A stretch of DNA of 64,000 bases from Podospora anserina (lineage: Eukaryota): NCBI GenBank assembly GCA_017654855.1, contig CM030338.1, positions 3,224,001-3,288,000 on the forward strand. The letters are read 5' to 3'. The translations under genes were made by a program, and so were the position numbers. Each line of letters begins with the position of its first letter. Position 1 is the first letter of the stretch. The notes beneath the pieces are model-generated. The model was not told the DNA's origin and made no database searches. It saw nothing but the letters and a program-made list of their open reading frames with translations. Positions 1 through 11,970 of the stretch are shown here, piece by piece.

Positions 1-6
1 ACATAC

Positions 7-724
7 CCTTGCACGGCACGCTCCCCGACTTGAAAACCATGTCCTTGAGGGAATACACATGGCTGTAGTTGGCCACAACCACTGGAACAATAGGCACCTG
101 CGCCTGGACAGCCAAGTGGAAGGCGCCCTTCTTGAAGGGGAGCATGGTGGGCTCCTTGGTGTAGCTCCGGGTCCCCTCGGGGAACATGTACACGCTCTGC
201 TTCCTCTTGGTGATCTGCTCGCCGGCTCCCTGCATCGCCTGTCGCGCATCCTTGGAGTTTTTGCGGTCGATGAAGACGGCGCCGCTCAGGGTCATGAACC
301 AGCCCAAGAATGGGATCTTCTTGAGCTGAGTCTTGGCCGTGACGCTGCAGTACTGTGGGAACATGGTGCCCAGCATCAAGAGGTCGACTTCGGTCTGGTG
401 GGGACCGATGAAAACGGCGGGACGGACGGTGCCGAGGTGGTTCTTTGGGTCTTCAATGTCAAACTTGAGGCCTGTGCCGAGCAACATGCACAGCTTGAAG
501 CACCGCCCAACCGCCCATTGTGAGAGACCGCGCTTGCCAATCAAGGAGAGAAAGACAGCAGCGCCGAGTCCGTATGCTGAGGCGATGAGGATCGAGATGT
601 ACATGGCCAGCGAGCGCGCCACGAAGGCGGCTTTGGAGCTGACTAGACCGAGGAGGTGGAAGAACATGATGAGGGCGGCGTAGTAGGCGAAGAAGTAGCC
701 GGTGTATGTTATAATTGCCGCCAT
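7..724 (-). CDS. SLC1: 1-acyl-sn-glycerol-3-phosphate acyltransferase (PlsC family), first exon; gene continues beyond the left edge
   Basis: Hand translation from ATG 724 (MAAIITYTGYFFAYY...) gives acyltransferase motifs PHQTEVD (HX4D), FIDR, FPEGTRS and PFKKGAF. The exon ends at a GTATGT donor at positions 6-1. It is absent from the ORF track because there is no stop in the window. Confidence 0.9.
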
Positions 725-1648
725 AGCTGGTGTTGAGAAGGAACGACGAAGGAGGGGCGGGGTTGAGCCCGAAGGACGGCGAGGGGGAGGAGGGGACTCG
801 GAAGGCCGACACGGGGGGATGCGCAGTCGCAAGGCTTTGAGTCGTTTTTCGGCTTGGATCCTGTGATGATGAATGGGCTTGCCGGACCGGTGCTCAAGCG
901 GCGGGTGGCCGGAAAGTTTTTGGGGAGGACGGGGACTGGCGATGTGGCGTCTGGATGGGGATGCTACAGGGCTAGTGGATGCTGGAGAGACAGGCGATCC
1001 CAGTCCAGGTGGTGTCGTTGTGCGTCGAGGGGTTTCTAAGCCAAACGATGGACGGTTTGTTGGTGATTAAGGATATGGAATACTAAGAAACAAGCAATCA
1101 TGGGCTCCGTGGCACCAAAAAGGTCTTGGTTATTGACTTTCGTTCTTCATGGCCCGGGCCGGCACTCGAAGTTGCAGCCCAATCAAATCAAAGCCAGAAT
1201 GCACTGTGAGAGTGTGGGGTGTCCGAGGTTGAGGAATCGTTGAGGCTAAAATTTGCGGGACGTGGGGCAGGTGCCAGCAACCCTTGCAGCCCCTTGCAAC
1301 CCTTGTGACCAGAAAACTTGGCAATCGCGGGGATATCGTGACAAGACTGAGAAGTCAAGCTTCACTTAAAAAACTCGGGTCTCGCCGCATCATCTGTCGG
1401 TTAGTTGGGCACAAACAAACATCATCCAACATGTGCATGTGTTGCTGAATAGTATCTGGTGTTTCTATCCACTCCTCATCACTGAATTGCTACAAGTCTC
1501 ATCTCATGGCCACAGTGTCGTTTCACCTACCCCCCCCAAGTATCTTTTGTTGGGATCGTGCGGGGACGGGAACGGAGATACAAAAAATTGTTTAAGTTGG
1601 AGAAAAGAAAGCATGTGATAATTCCCACCATATGATCATCCAACATCG

Positions 1649-2974
1649 CTAAACCTGCGACGACACCACCGTTGCGCGTACCTGCCGTTTGATCATCTGG
1701 TCATCGCCGAAATCATGGGAAAGGGTTGTTGTCTGTGTTGACACCTCCCGGACCTTTGTGTCCCGTCTGGACAGAAGGAGGATGGATTCAACCGACTCTC
1801 GAAGTCCAGCCAGCTCATACATGAGGATAATTCGACAGATGGAAACACTAGCCATGTACCGTCCCACGATGGATAGCGCATCCTCCACGCCCACGAAGAT
1901 GGTGCTTGAAAAGATCAGGGTCCCGAAGATGATATGAAGGACGGTGGCCATGGATCCAACCCAGGCCGCGACCAAGAAGAGCTTGCTCTCTTGGAAGGTG
2001 ACGATGCGCACGTCATAGCCTTCCGAGGCACTCGGTATGGGCTCTGTCTTGAGAAGGCCGAGCAAGCGCCTGGGAATGCTCGAAATCCATCCGCCTGCCG
2101 GCGCGAGCCTCTCTCGAATATGAAAGGCCGACTCTTCCTTTCTCTTGGCTGCCTCTTCCTTTCTCTTGACTGCCTCTTTCTTTCTCTTGACTGCCTCGAG
2201 AACCTCTTTCTTTGGACCTCGCCAGCCGCAGACGCGGAGCCGCAGACCTATGGTTCCGAAAATGTGTACGACCAGGCCTAGCAGTGCCCATATCGTTGGC
2301 CCGAAGGTGCGATTCGTCCACAGGGTGCATGTGGCCTTGACGCCGAGCTCCCAGTTGAGAGTAGCAATGTTGGCTATGGCAGCCAGGGCGATGATGTATT
2401 CGGCCATGGAGATGGACAGCTTGTAGTACCACATGCTTGGGCGCCACTGTGGGAGTCTGCTCGGGTGGTCGTGGAGGATCTGGGCGGGATCATGGTATTC
2501 AAAGGCCCGGCTGAAGTACACGCTGGGCGATCCGGCGGCAAGCATGAGTGCGAGGAGAGGTCGCCGTGCTACATTCGCGAGCATGCTCATTTCCTCGGTC
2601 GAAGGACCCATCACGGCGAGGACGGTGGGCATGACGCCGAGGAGAACCTGGGCTGCTGTCATGCCATTTTTGACATACTCGCTCGTGTTGTTCAAGATAC
2701 ATTGGATGACAGGCTGTGTCAACACACTGTTGGCTCCACCCCCACCGAGAATGTCACGTTCGACGGCAGATGTGTTGCCAGTAAGGTATTGTCGGTATTG
2801 GGTCATGCAGTACTTCTGCTTAAGAGCTTCGAATATGTGGCCATGTTGAGGGTACCATTCGCGAAACTGGTTCGTGTTGGTGCCTCTCCACGCTGCGATG
2901 GGTTCGAAGTATATGAAGAGGAGGAAAAGGATACACCGAGACGGTGCGGAGAGTCCACCCATTGTGCGGTTCAT
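1649..2974 (-). CDS. Hypothetical multi-pass membrane protein with N-terminal signal/anchor
   Basis: Uninterrupted 441-aa ORF with several hydrophobic segments (VLLGVMPTVLAV, YIIALAAIANIA, LFLVAAWVGSMATVLHIIFGTLIF). No family recognised. Confidence 0.75.
   Translation of the reverse strand: MNRTMGGLSAPSRCILFLLFIYFEPIAAWRGTNTNQFREWYPQHGHIFEALKQKYCMTQYRQYLTGNTSAVERDILGGGGANSVLTQPVIQCILNNTSEYVKNGMTAAQVLLGVMPTVLAVMGPSTEEMSMLANVARRPLLALMLAAGSPSVYFSRAFEYHDPAQILHDHPSRLPQWRPSMWYYKLSISMAEYIIALAAIANIATLNWELGVKATCTLWTNRTFGPTIWALLGLVVHIFGTIGLRLRVCGWRGPKKEVLEAVKRKKEAVKRKEEAAKRKEESAFHIRERLAPAGGWISSIPRRLLGLLKTEPIPSASEGYDVRIVTFQESKLFLVAAWVGSMATVLHIIFGTLIFSSTIFVGVEDALSIVGRYMASVSICRIILMYELAGLRESVESILLLSRRDTKVREVSTQTTTLSHDFGDDQMIKRQVRATVVSSQV
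2133..2196. repeat. 21-bp coding tandem repeat, 3 copies (EAVKRKK/EAVKRKE/EAAKRKE)
   Basis: Repeated ctcttcctttctcttg(a/g)ctgc units in the DNA, mirrored in the protein. Confidence 0.85.
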
Positions 2975-4118
2975 GATGTTGATGATTTGCTGATGACTGT
3001 AGTGACAAGAGGCTGGCTAGCTTGACAGAACGGAAACTGGAGTTACTTTGTTCCCTCAAGCTATATACCTGACTGAGGGCAAGACGGGGCCAACATTATG
3101 GCGAGGTTCTCGCGGGATTCCATCATGGGTGTTTCAGCCTCTCAGCGCTAGTTGTGCAAACTGTGGGTGGCTTTCAGGATGAATCGCGGTGATCCAACCA
3201 GTTAGTGGCCGTCTGCAGCCACGCGCTTATAAATATCACATTTCCTCGGCTGGTCTTGTTCATACGCACACTGGAAGCAGGCAGGCAAGTTAGGGCTTCT
3301 GTAGAGGTCTAGTGGGCGTTACTCAGCCATGACGGTGATACTCCTTCCTGGTGTTCTTACACCCATATACATGGGTATGGGCGAGGCTCTGGGTTCGGGT
3401 ACGATGTTAATGATGACACATTGAGCTTGGCCAAGGCCTGCCTGAAGCCAACTTCGAATAATACAGCCCCAATGTGGTGTTCTTAAGCGCCCTGTCATCA
3501 TGAAGTTCATGGTTGGCTTTTTGTTAGCCTCAGCCAAGATCATATAATCATCCTTGTGAACACAACAAGGCTCAGATCAGCACGGACGAGGCTCCGAGAC
3601 TTGCCTTTACACAATACAAATATTTACCAAGGTTAGTTTTTGGTCTTGAGAATAGTTCGAAGGTCAATCTCTTTCAATACCTAATATGGAAACACAATAC
3701 ACACTGTACAGGTACGTGTTCATGTCTCGGGAGACTCTACAATGAATGAAAACAAGATGTGGTCGTAGCGCCCCCTGCTGTTCTAGAAGCCCCACTAATT
3801 ATGGCCTAGGCCAAGGGAGCCTAGCGCATTAGCCATGGTTCATCCAACTGCTTGATTCGACGTCCACTGAACACCAACAAAGCTCACCAAAACATTCCGG
3901 ATGGCCGCAGCAACACAGCAGCTTCCCGCCTACTTCACCAGCTACACAGCAGCATAGGTTCGAGCCTCTTGCATCAACAGCCTCCGGTCGCCCCTGGGCG
4001 CCAATGATGCTTCCGGTCCAGCGATAGCCCCTCCAATTCACCCCAAGCGCATGTCTGTCTCGGACAATCGAAGTCCCATCCCAGCTATCCTCACCATCGA
4101 GACATCCCCAAAGTCACA

Positions 4119-6218
4119 ATGGCCGAATCCCGTCGCGGACACCCGAACCTATCCGTACGGCTGCCGCAGCCCGGCGCCTCGGTCGCTCTACCCGATCTCC
4201 CTCCCGTCTCTGCTCTTTTTTTGATCGATTTCGACGTCAAGGCCGGCTACACCATCGTCTGGAAACGGGCCGTTCCCGGTCTCGAGCTCGAGGGCGCTGT
4301 CGAGTACAAGAGCTTGCCGTCGGGCTTGCACACCGTCACCGACGACCTCATCTACTTTGTCCACGATGCCAGCCACGCCGGGCTCAGCGCGTTTATCAAC
4401 ACCCCCACCGATGAGGAGGAAACACGTCATGCGCGCATGATTGCTGTGGGTGTCTTGGTGCCGCTAAGCTATGGCCGTCTGGGGAGGGCATGGCGCCATG
4501 CCGAGGGCTTGAAGGAGATGGCCAGCAAGCTGGTTCAGGATCGCAAGCAGACGCAAATACTGGAGGAGTACTGGGAGAGAAACGGCGCGCGCGAGACGTC
4601 GGCGCCGCAGCCATTGAAGGATGAACCTCTGGCCTCCCCCGCGCTTAGCTTTAGGGCTGTCCGTCCGCCGCTGGGGAGAGGCCATACTAGGAATAGGTCT
4701 GCTTCGGATGGCACCGCCTTGATACCTCCCGGACACAGGCTGTCGCCTTATCATCCGGCGTGGAGTTTGACGTCGTTGCTGGATACGTTTGGGCCGCTGA
4801 TCTTTCCGGTTCATCGCGCCGCCCTGTTGCGCAAGCGCATTTTGATTTCTTGCCATGCACCGGTGCATGAAGTTTGCAATTTTGGTATGTTTACCGGACA
4901 CTCCTTGGTATTTGATAGCTGCTGACGAATCTTAGTGTATGATATTTCTGTCTTGTCCAATATTCCCCTGTCCGTCTGCGACGTGATAGACCCATCAGCA
5001 CCTGTACAGCGTTTACGACCTCTTTTTACCATCGGTGTGCATGATATCTCGTATCTTATGGAACACCAGGCCGCCATGAAAAAGCGCCCTAATCAAGACG
5101 ATCAGCATTCTGATCCGTCCGAGGACTCTACCTCGGGCTGGGTAGCCTGCACCACAGACAGCATTCTCGCTATGAAGGGGGATCTCTGGGACATGCTGAT
5201 CACCCTGCCCCCAGTCTACTCGAGCAACGCCAAGGAAAGGGCATGGCCAACAATCGAATGCCCCAAGGGCGTCCCGGTAAAGGCCACCCAGCGCGACCTC
5301 CGCCGTTTCCGCACTCTCCGAGCAGGCCTGGCGCACCTCGCCGCTGCAGCAGAAGCCTCTCACTCTGGGTCACAACCCCAACCAGAGGTGCAAACCCCAG
5401 ACGAAGCACCCACCCCCTCCACGCCAGCCATCCGCCTATCCAAACCCGCAGCTACCTCCTCCTCCTCGAGACCAGGGACATCAAGTGGCAACTACCCCCG
5501 CCAAGCAATGATCATATCCGACGAAGACGCCGACCAAATCGTCGAACCAACCACCTGGGCTGCGTTGGCCTACAACGGCTTCATGTGGTGGGCTTCGGCC
5601 GGTGAAAAAAGACACTCTGATGAAATCGACGAGCAAAGCCACGACGCCAGTCTGCTTGCTGATTTGGGACCGCCCATGTCGCCTTCCATGACTGCTGTGC
5701 CGCAACGGAGGCCGAGTTTTGGGACGGCGGTTTCGGGGACAATGATTGATAGTTTGTCGTCCTTGACAGCAAGAAAACCGGGGGAGGACGCGGAGGAGGA
5801 TGATGAGAAGGCGGGGGTGGAGCTGGCGATTATTGCGTATTTCCACAGGTTGACGACGGGGATTTTGAGGGTGTTGGCCGAGATTGTGGATTCGGGGGAT
5901 GATGATGATCTGATGAGTCTGGATTTGGATTATGGGGAGACGCCTGGGGGTGGGGGTGGCGGAAGGGAAGGGGAGGGGGAGGATGAGAGGGGACGGTTGC
6001 TTGGGGGTGAGAGTGATGATTATCAGGAAGAGGGGTACGAAGGGAGGGGAGGGGGGTGGGTGAGGGTGGATAGCGATGCGCTTGCGCAGATGGGGTTGGA
6101 TGTGTGGAGTCTGGGTGATGCTGAGTTTGTGAGGGAGGTGGTGGGGAGGTATTTTGAGGGGAAGAGGGCGGCGGTGGTGACGAAGGGGGTGGAGGTTTGT
6201 GGGGTCAAGGTTTGTTGA
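4119..6218 (+). CDS. DUF2347/DUF4484 DENN-like protein (DENND11/Anr2-like); intron 4885-4935
   Basis: The N-terminus ALFLIDFDVKAGYTIVW...VEYKSLPSGLH...DLIYF is typical of this family. A GTATGT...GCTGAC...TAG intron joins ORFs 4119-4925 and 4935-6218 in frame. Confidence 0.8.
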
Positions 6219-6357
6219 CAAGATGAGAAGGGGGGGATGTATATACTTTGCATGGCGTTATGATTCGGGAATTGGGGGAATGGTAATTTAGGGAATATGC
6301 ATAGGGATATTGGTTTGGACTATTCAAATAACGAAGATGGGTGTTGCAAGGTGTGAG

Positions 6358-6459
6358 GCTTATCTCCGGTGATGTGCGAGTGAGATAAGATAACCCTAAC
6401 CCAGCTTATCTCCGGTGATGTTGTGTTGACAGCGCTAACCCTAACCCAGCTTATCTCGG
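6358..6459 (+). promoter_or_regulatory. Reiterated promoter module (TAACCCTAACCC and CTTATC/GATAAG) upstream of RMP1
   Basis: gcttatctc(c)gg occurs three times and taaccctaacccagcttatctc twice within ~100 bp, about 240 bp before the ATG. The function is inferred. Confidence 0.45.
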
Positions 6460-6696
6460 GGAGCTTGGACCTTCAGTTATCACTTTCACCATCAAAAGCC
6501 ATCAAGGTTCATTCATTAGGTTTCTTTCAACGCTAACTTGACCTACACGCTTTTGGAACAACCTCAGCCCTTGCACCACCATTTCTCCCCCCGCAAAATC
6601 TCACCACCCACCAGTTCCAACTATTCAACTGAACTCTCTCTTTAAATCTTGGGAAAAGAATTCACAACTTCCCATCACCCCCAGAACCATTTCACA

Positions 6697-7845
6697 ATGG
6701 CGGAACCAACAGCGATAATCGACCCCCCCTTATTGGAGTCATCACTCGAACGTCTCTATCCGCTGAGGGAAATCCTCCAGCGGCTGCACCACCGCAACAA
6801 GAACCAGCATTTTTCGTCGAAGTGGTGGTCGGCGTTTGATATTTTGAGGAGGAACACGGGGAAACTGATCTTCGAAATCGAGGACTGTCTTGATTATGCC
6901 CCTTCACCACCATCGTCAGGCCAGTTGGCAAAGGGGAAAGGCAAAGGGAAGGGGGAGAAAACGAGGAAGTGGGAGGAGGGGGTGGAGAGGGTGCTGAAAC
7001 GGGTGAGGTTCATGAAGGAGGGGGTTGTGGTGAAGGGGTGGGTGGGGTTTGGGAGGCTGGTGGGGGATAGGCAGTTTGCGCAGGTTGGGTTGGGGTTGGT
7101 GGGGGTTTTGGGGGGGGTGAGTATGGTGCTTGGGGGGTTGGTGCCTGATATGGATGGGGAGATGGAGGGGATGGAGGGGGTGGAGGGGGAAAATGAGGGG
7201 GTAGAATATGGGGAGGGGGAGGTGGATATAGGGGATGTGATTCAGCGGGAGGATTTGGGGGTAAAGGTTCAGAGGGAGGAGGTACTGCAGAGTGTGGAAG
7301 GGGATGTTGATACGGTACAAAAGAGGAAGGTGGTGATGAGAGGAGTGGGTGAGGAAGGGGGGGTGGTGAAAAAGAAAAAGAAAAAGAGGGTTGCTGGTGG
7401 GGATGAATTCGATGATATTTTTGGCTCTTTTGAGAACCAGAAATCCGCCAAGAAAAAAGCAGCCGAAAAGAGAGATACACCATCCAACGAGGTTAACTGC
7501 CCCAACAACGACAGCGATAACACATCCCAACCATCAAAACCAGCCAGCAAAAAGAAGAAGCCAGACGATGAGTTCGACGACATCTTTGGTGGCCTAAGTG
7601 AGGAGACACCCCCCAAGAACAAGAAGAAGAAAGCGGCAGGAGACGAGTTTGATGATATTTTTGGTGATTTGGGGGAGGATAAGCCGAAGAAGAAGAAGAA
7701 GAAGAGAGGGGATGAGTTTGATGATATCTTTGGCGGGTTGGGAGGTGAGAAACCAAGGAAGAGGGTTGGTGGGAGTGGAGTGGTGGAGAAGAAGAAGAAA
7801 AAAAAGAAGGGAGATGAGTTCGATGATATTTTTGCTGGATTTTAG
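6697..7845 (+). CDS. RMP1: RNase MRP protein subunit Rmp1-like, with Lys-rich/DEFDDIF repeat tail
   Basis: LHHRNKNQH...KWW and FGRLVGDRQFAQVGLGL match Rmp1 signature segments. First in-frame ATG at 6697. Confidence 0.75.
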   Translation: MAEPTAIIDPPLLESSLERLYPLREILQRLHHRNKNQHFSSKWWSAFDILRRNTGKLIFEIEDCLDYAPSPPSSGQLAKGKGKGKGEKTRKWEEGVERVLKRVRFMKEGVVVKGWVGFGRLVGDRQFAQVGLGLVGVLGGVSMVLGGLVPDMDGEMEGMEGVEGENEGVEYGEGEVDIGDVIQREDLGVKVQREEVLQSVEGDVDTVQKRKVVMRGVGEEGGVVKKKKKKRVAGGDEFDDIFGSFENQKSAKKKAAEKRDTPSNEVNCPNNDSDNTSQPSKPASKKKKPDDEFDDIFGGLSEETPPKNKKKKAAGDEFDDIFGDLGEDKPKKKKKKRGDEFDDIFGGLGGEKPRKRVGGSGVVEKKKKKKKGDEFDDIFAGF

Positions 7846-8149
7846 GAGTGGGTGTGTAGGGAGGGAGAAGGAGGGAGATCGAGAGACCGAAGGAAATGAT
7901 ACCCCCAACTGCTGGTTGGATGTAGTTTGTAGCTGACGTCTTGCACTGGGCTTGGTGACTGCATAGTTGGCTGTCTAGATATGTGGTAATATTAATTGGG
8001 TTCGATAGTCGGAAATGATCGAAACTGAGTCTTTCATCCTGTTGATAGCTGTATGATGTTGTCTCGGTCAAAGGCACTGTATTTCGCTCCACGCCAACAT
8101 ATTGTGAAGGTATAGGCACTAGTGATATTTGACTTTTTTGTATATATAG

Positions 8150-8800
8150 TTGCAAGGTGAGAGTATATATAGGAGGTCATTAATAAGATTCGATTATATG
8201 ATATACTAAGATATAAACCTCGGAGTTTATTCTTTTTAAATTAATTACTTATAGGAGGACAGTAGTAATATAGAATTATAAAATAAAAGATTTAAACTAG
8301 ATATATAGAGGAAAGGACTTAGTAAACATTAAATACTTTCCCTATTCACGTCTTTATCGTTATATTTTACTACGGTATTTAGCTTTTATCACTTAAATCT
8401 AACGTATTATTTTTAATTATTATTAACCTCCCCCTTCAAGTTTAAATATTTCATTGCCTCTACTCTCCATGAATAATAAAAATACTACCCATCATTATCA
8501 CTAAATTCCTTTATATCTCACAATCGCATATCTAACATAGAGTTTACATCCATGATAGTCGTAATATATAGATAAGTATTTATATTCCAAAGCCAATTGA
8601 GCTTATTACCCATCTTTAAGGCCTTGCAACTATCTTTAAAGGCCCTGTAGCTACCTTCTAGGGCCTATCAATAATATTCAAGGCCTACTCACTATCTTTA
8701 GAGGTATGCTAGCTATCTTTAAAAGCCTTTATTCCTGTCGGTGATCTCTACTTCATTTTATTTTTCCTAGAAACGTAACAGCTTTAAAGGCCCATCCAGT
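8150..8800. mobile_element. AT-rich, RIP-like degenerate repeat relic
   Basis: Abrupt shift to high AT with abundant TpA, stops in all frames (no ORF of 60 aa or more), and a 21-bp periodic ctatcttt motif at ~8600-8730. Confidence 0.5.
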
Positions 8801-9244
8801 CCCCAATTGGCATGGCACCCCACCCAATCAGTCCTCTAACGCTGGACGCTAAGTAGCCAGGTTCGACGATCCAGCTGGAAATTACTCGGACGTGGTTAAC
8901 ATACACCCCTCTGACAAACCACGAAAACTACTCCCAATCATAAAACCCTCCCTCATCACCCCCGTTGTGATCATCATCGTTGGCGTCCGAGGTAAGGTCA
9001 TCATCATCCCTCGCCATCTCCTCCCAATCTTCATCCTCATTCTCCTCCTCCACCACCTCCTCCTCCTTCTTTCTCTCCTCCTCCTTCTTCCTCTCCTCCT
9101 CCTTCTTCCTCTCCTCCTCCTTCTTTTTCTCCTTCTCCTCCCCGGCCGGAGGGGCTTAGCGGCGGGCAAGTCGGCATCGGATGATTCTGTCATCACAAAA
9201 AAGTCAGCCCACCGGTCAGATTCACACAGCAGGAATACAACAAT

Positions 9245-11970
9245 CTACTGACGACGGGAGCGGCGAGTTCCAGCCACATTTTTCTTTTTTTTGAAAAAAA
9301 AAAGGAGGGCGTGAGGGAGGGGGCGAGGGGCGCGAGGGAGCGAGACTGAGGAAGCAGCAAGAAAGGAGGCAGGGCTTGCGGGTGCCGGGGAAGAGGGCCT
9401 GCGAGTGCGAGTAATGGTTGGCTGGCGGTGGTAGTGACGGCCTGCTGGCGGTGCTGTTGCTACTGTTGCTATTATTGTTGAGGGTAAAAGATAGAAGAGA
9501 AGAGCTGGAGGAGATAGATGGATTGAATACATATTAGCTGGGCGGCGCTAGAAACATCATACTCAAAAGAGGGAAACAGCATCAACCGGGACCGACGAGT
9601 AAGTATGAGTGGTAAAGGAACAGACCAATGGGAGGAGGTACGTATACCAAGCACGGTGTGGGAGACGACCGTCGATGGTTGGGTGGTTTTAACGTTGGGA
9701 AGTTGGAAGGCTGGAAGGCTCGCGACGAAGGCAACGATAATATCGAGGTACGATGGGGGGTTGGACTGCTCAAGCATATCGCTCTTATCTTGGGAGGACG
9801 CACACCAAGAACCCACAGGCATATCCATCTCTATGCAACTTCCGACTTATGGTATCGACCGACCAATCGACAATACGATGTGGGGAAGTAGTGTTGATGT
9901 TTGGGTGGTTCCGACCTTCAGAAGTTGAAAAGGCCCGCGATGAAGGTAATGATGATATCGAGGTACGAAGGGAAGGGGACTGGACTTTCCAGGATATCGT
10001 TCTTGACTTCGAGTAACGGACAGGCCGTGCGAAAGAGACATTGGTTATCTTGAGCTGTGGCAGCTTAATGTGCCAGCGGATAGACATGTCGTACCTGACA
10101 TTGAGTAGCAGGATGCGCGATTAGGGAAGGTTAGGTGCATATTGTGGTAGCTGGCTGGTGTAAACAGTCTGCGACGAGGTCCAGGATGCACGAGTCTTGC
10201 CGAGGTTCGCATGCGCAAGCATCCAAAATGCAATAGCAGAAATAACACGACTCTAGTGACCGCGAGAGAAGGAACAGGCTGATTGACAGTGACTGACAGC
10301 GCAAGGACTCAGATGGTGAGGGCTCTAAATGTCCCCCTGAAAGTAAACCAACCCCTTCCGTCTTGACCAAATGGTTGCCATGGTGACCCCTGAATCTGAG
10401 GAGACATGAATAAAGAAAGCGATGATCAATTGGAGTTTGGTGCAACCGAGTAAGATGGTCTTTGAAATTATGACTCTTGCCTACCTTCCAGCCTGTGACA
10501 AAAACTACGTACACCTTCCTCGCCGCAATCTTCCATGTACCGCATTGATCTACCGACGCGGCTGACTTCCATGGGACCGCGTGTCTGGGTTTGGAAAAGC
10601 AGAAGGCACGAGATAATTTGTGTCTATCCAGGTTGAAAAGAGACTGCTCAACCAGCTACTTAGCCACTTAGCTCTTTCATCATGGTTGTCTATACCGCAT
10701 TCTTTCCACAGTTGGGTCCAACGTGTCGCGCATGCGCAACCTCGGCAGAACTTGTCCATCCCAGACCACGTCGTGAACGCGACTTACACCAACCGACCAA
10801 TCATCTTCCATCAGGCTCATCTGGGTCAGGTATGATACTCCTTTGAAAGAACCCAGCCTGGCATGTTTTCAACGGCCCAAGCATCCTTCAGTTTGTTCTT
10901 CCCATTGTCGAGAGTCGCACCACTTAATTTCAGGTACGACATCTCTATCACCTGTCGCCAATGAAGCTGAGCTCTCCGTCAGCTGTCACATATTGCTCAC
11001 CCACGATCTCCATATTCCACGGCCCATCCGTTGCTCAAAGCCAGGACGTATCTCCTAAATCTACAGGCCCCATCCTTTATTCGAAACGCCTCCCTTCGTG
11101 TTCGATGTCGTCGCTGCCCCCTCGTAAGCCTTTATCGCTTCCTAACGTCAAAGCCACCCAACCACGGACACTCTTCAATACCGTACTGGCGAACAGTCCA
11201 TAAGGTAAACAGGAAGCTGCGTAGAGATGGATGTAGAAATGGTTCTTGGTATGCGTCCAGCCAAGTCAAGAACGATATCCTCGACAAGCCTGGCCCCCCT
11301 CCGTGTTTTATGTCGCCGTTTCCTTCGTCGTTACCTTCGTCGTGAATCACCGCAACCACCAACATCTCGACACTTCCCATACTGTGTCAGTAATCTCCTG
11401 CTATCCTGTACCTTCTCGATTATCCTTCGTTGTCTTCGAAATGACGTTTCGTACGCTACAGCTAGTACGTGTTAAATCTCCCCAACTCTTCCAGTTCTTC
11501 TTCTCTTCTCTTCTCTTCTCTTCTCTCTTTAGACACGAGGTCTCAGCAACCAGAACCCCCAACCCAGCCCAGCCGCACCAGCAGCAGCAGCAACAACCAG
11601 CGGTGGCTTCGTCCCCGCTCTCCTCTCCCCCAGACTCCCCACTCTCTTCTCCTCCGGCCTCCCCGATCCCTTCCCCAGCCCCCCGACTTCCCCGGCCCCT
11701 CCTGCGGTTTCCCCGGCCCTTCTCCGGCCTCTCCCCCGGTCTCTCTTTTGGTCTCTCCCCCGGTCCCTCCTCCGGCCTCTCCAGTCCCTCCTCCGGCCTC
11801 TCCGTTAGCCCCTCCGCCAGCCCCGGTCGGCCCCAGCCCCCCCGCTGCCGCCACGCCTGCCCCGGGCGGTTACCTCAGCGGAGCGCGCCCGCCGCAACGC
11901 GCAAAACGCGGCAGCAATTGCTGCTCTTCGGGCCACCCTACCTCCCCCCAGCCGCCAGTCGTCAGCACTG
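9245..11970. repeat. Large diverged inverted repeat (arms ~9245-10260 and ~10690-11970)
   Basis: Multiple colinear inverted anchors, e.g. gatagacatgtcgtacctgac (10079-10099) vs revcomp of 10929-10949 (gatagagatgtcgtacctgaa), and ccgaggttcgcatgcgc (~10200) vs revcomp of 10728-10748. Confidence 0.8.

Noticed and set aside
59-523. 154-aa plus-strand ORF
   Set aside because: Antisense to the SLC1 exon, which carries the recognisable motifs.
6391-6447. Interstitial telomere or chromosome-fusion scar
   Set aside because: Only two hexamers per module; better explained as a promoter motif.
9670-9980. Spaced repeats as a CRISPR-like array
   Set aside because: Eukaryotic context, only two diverged units per arm, and the intervening sequence is also homologous between arms.
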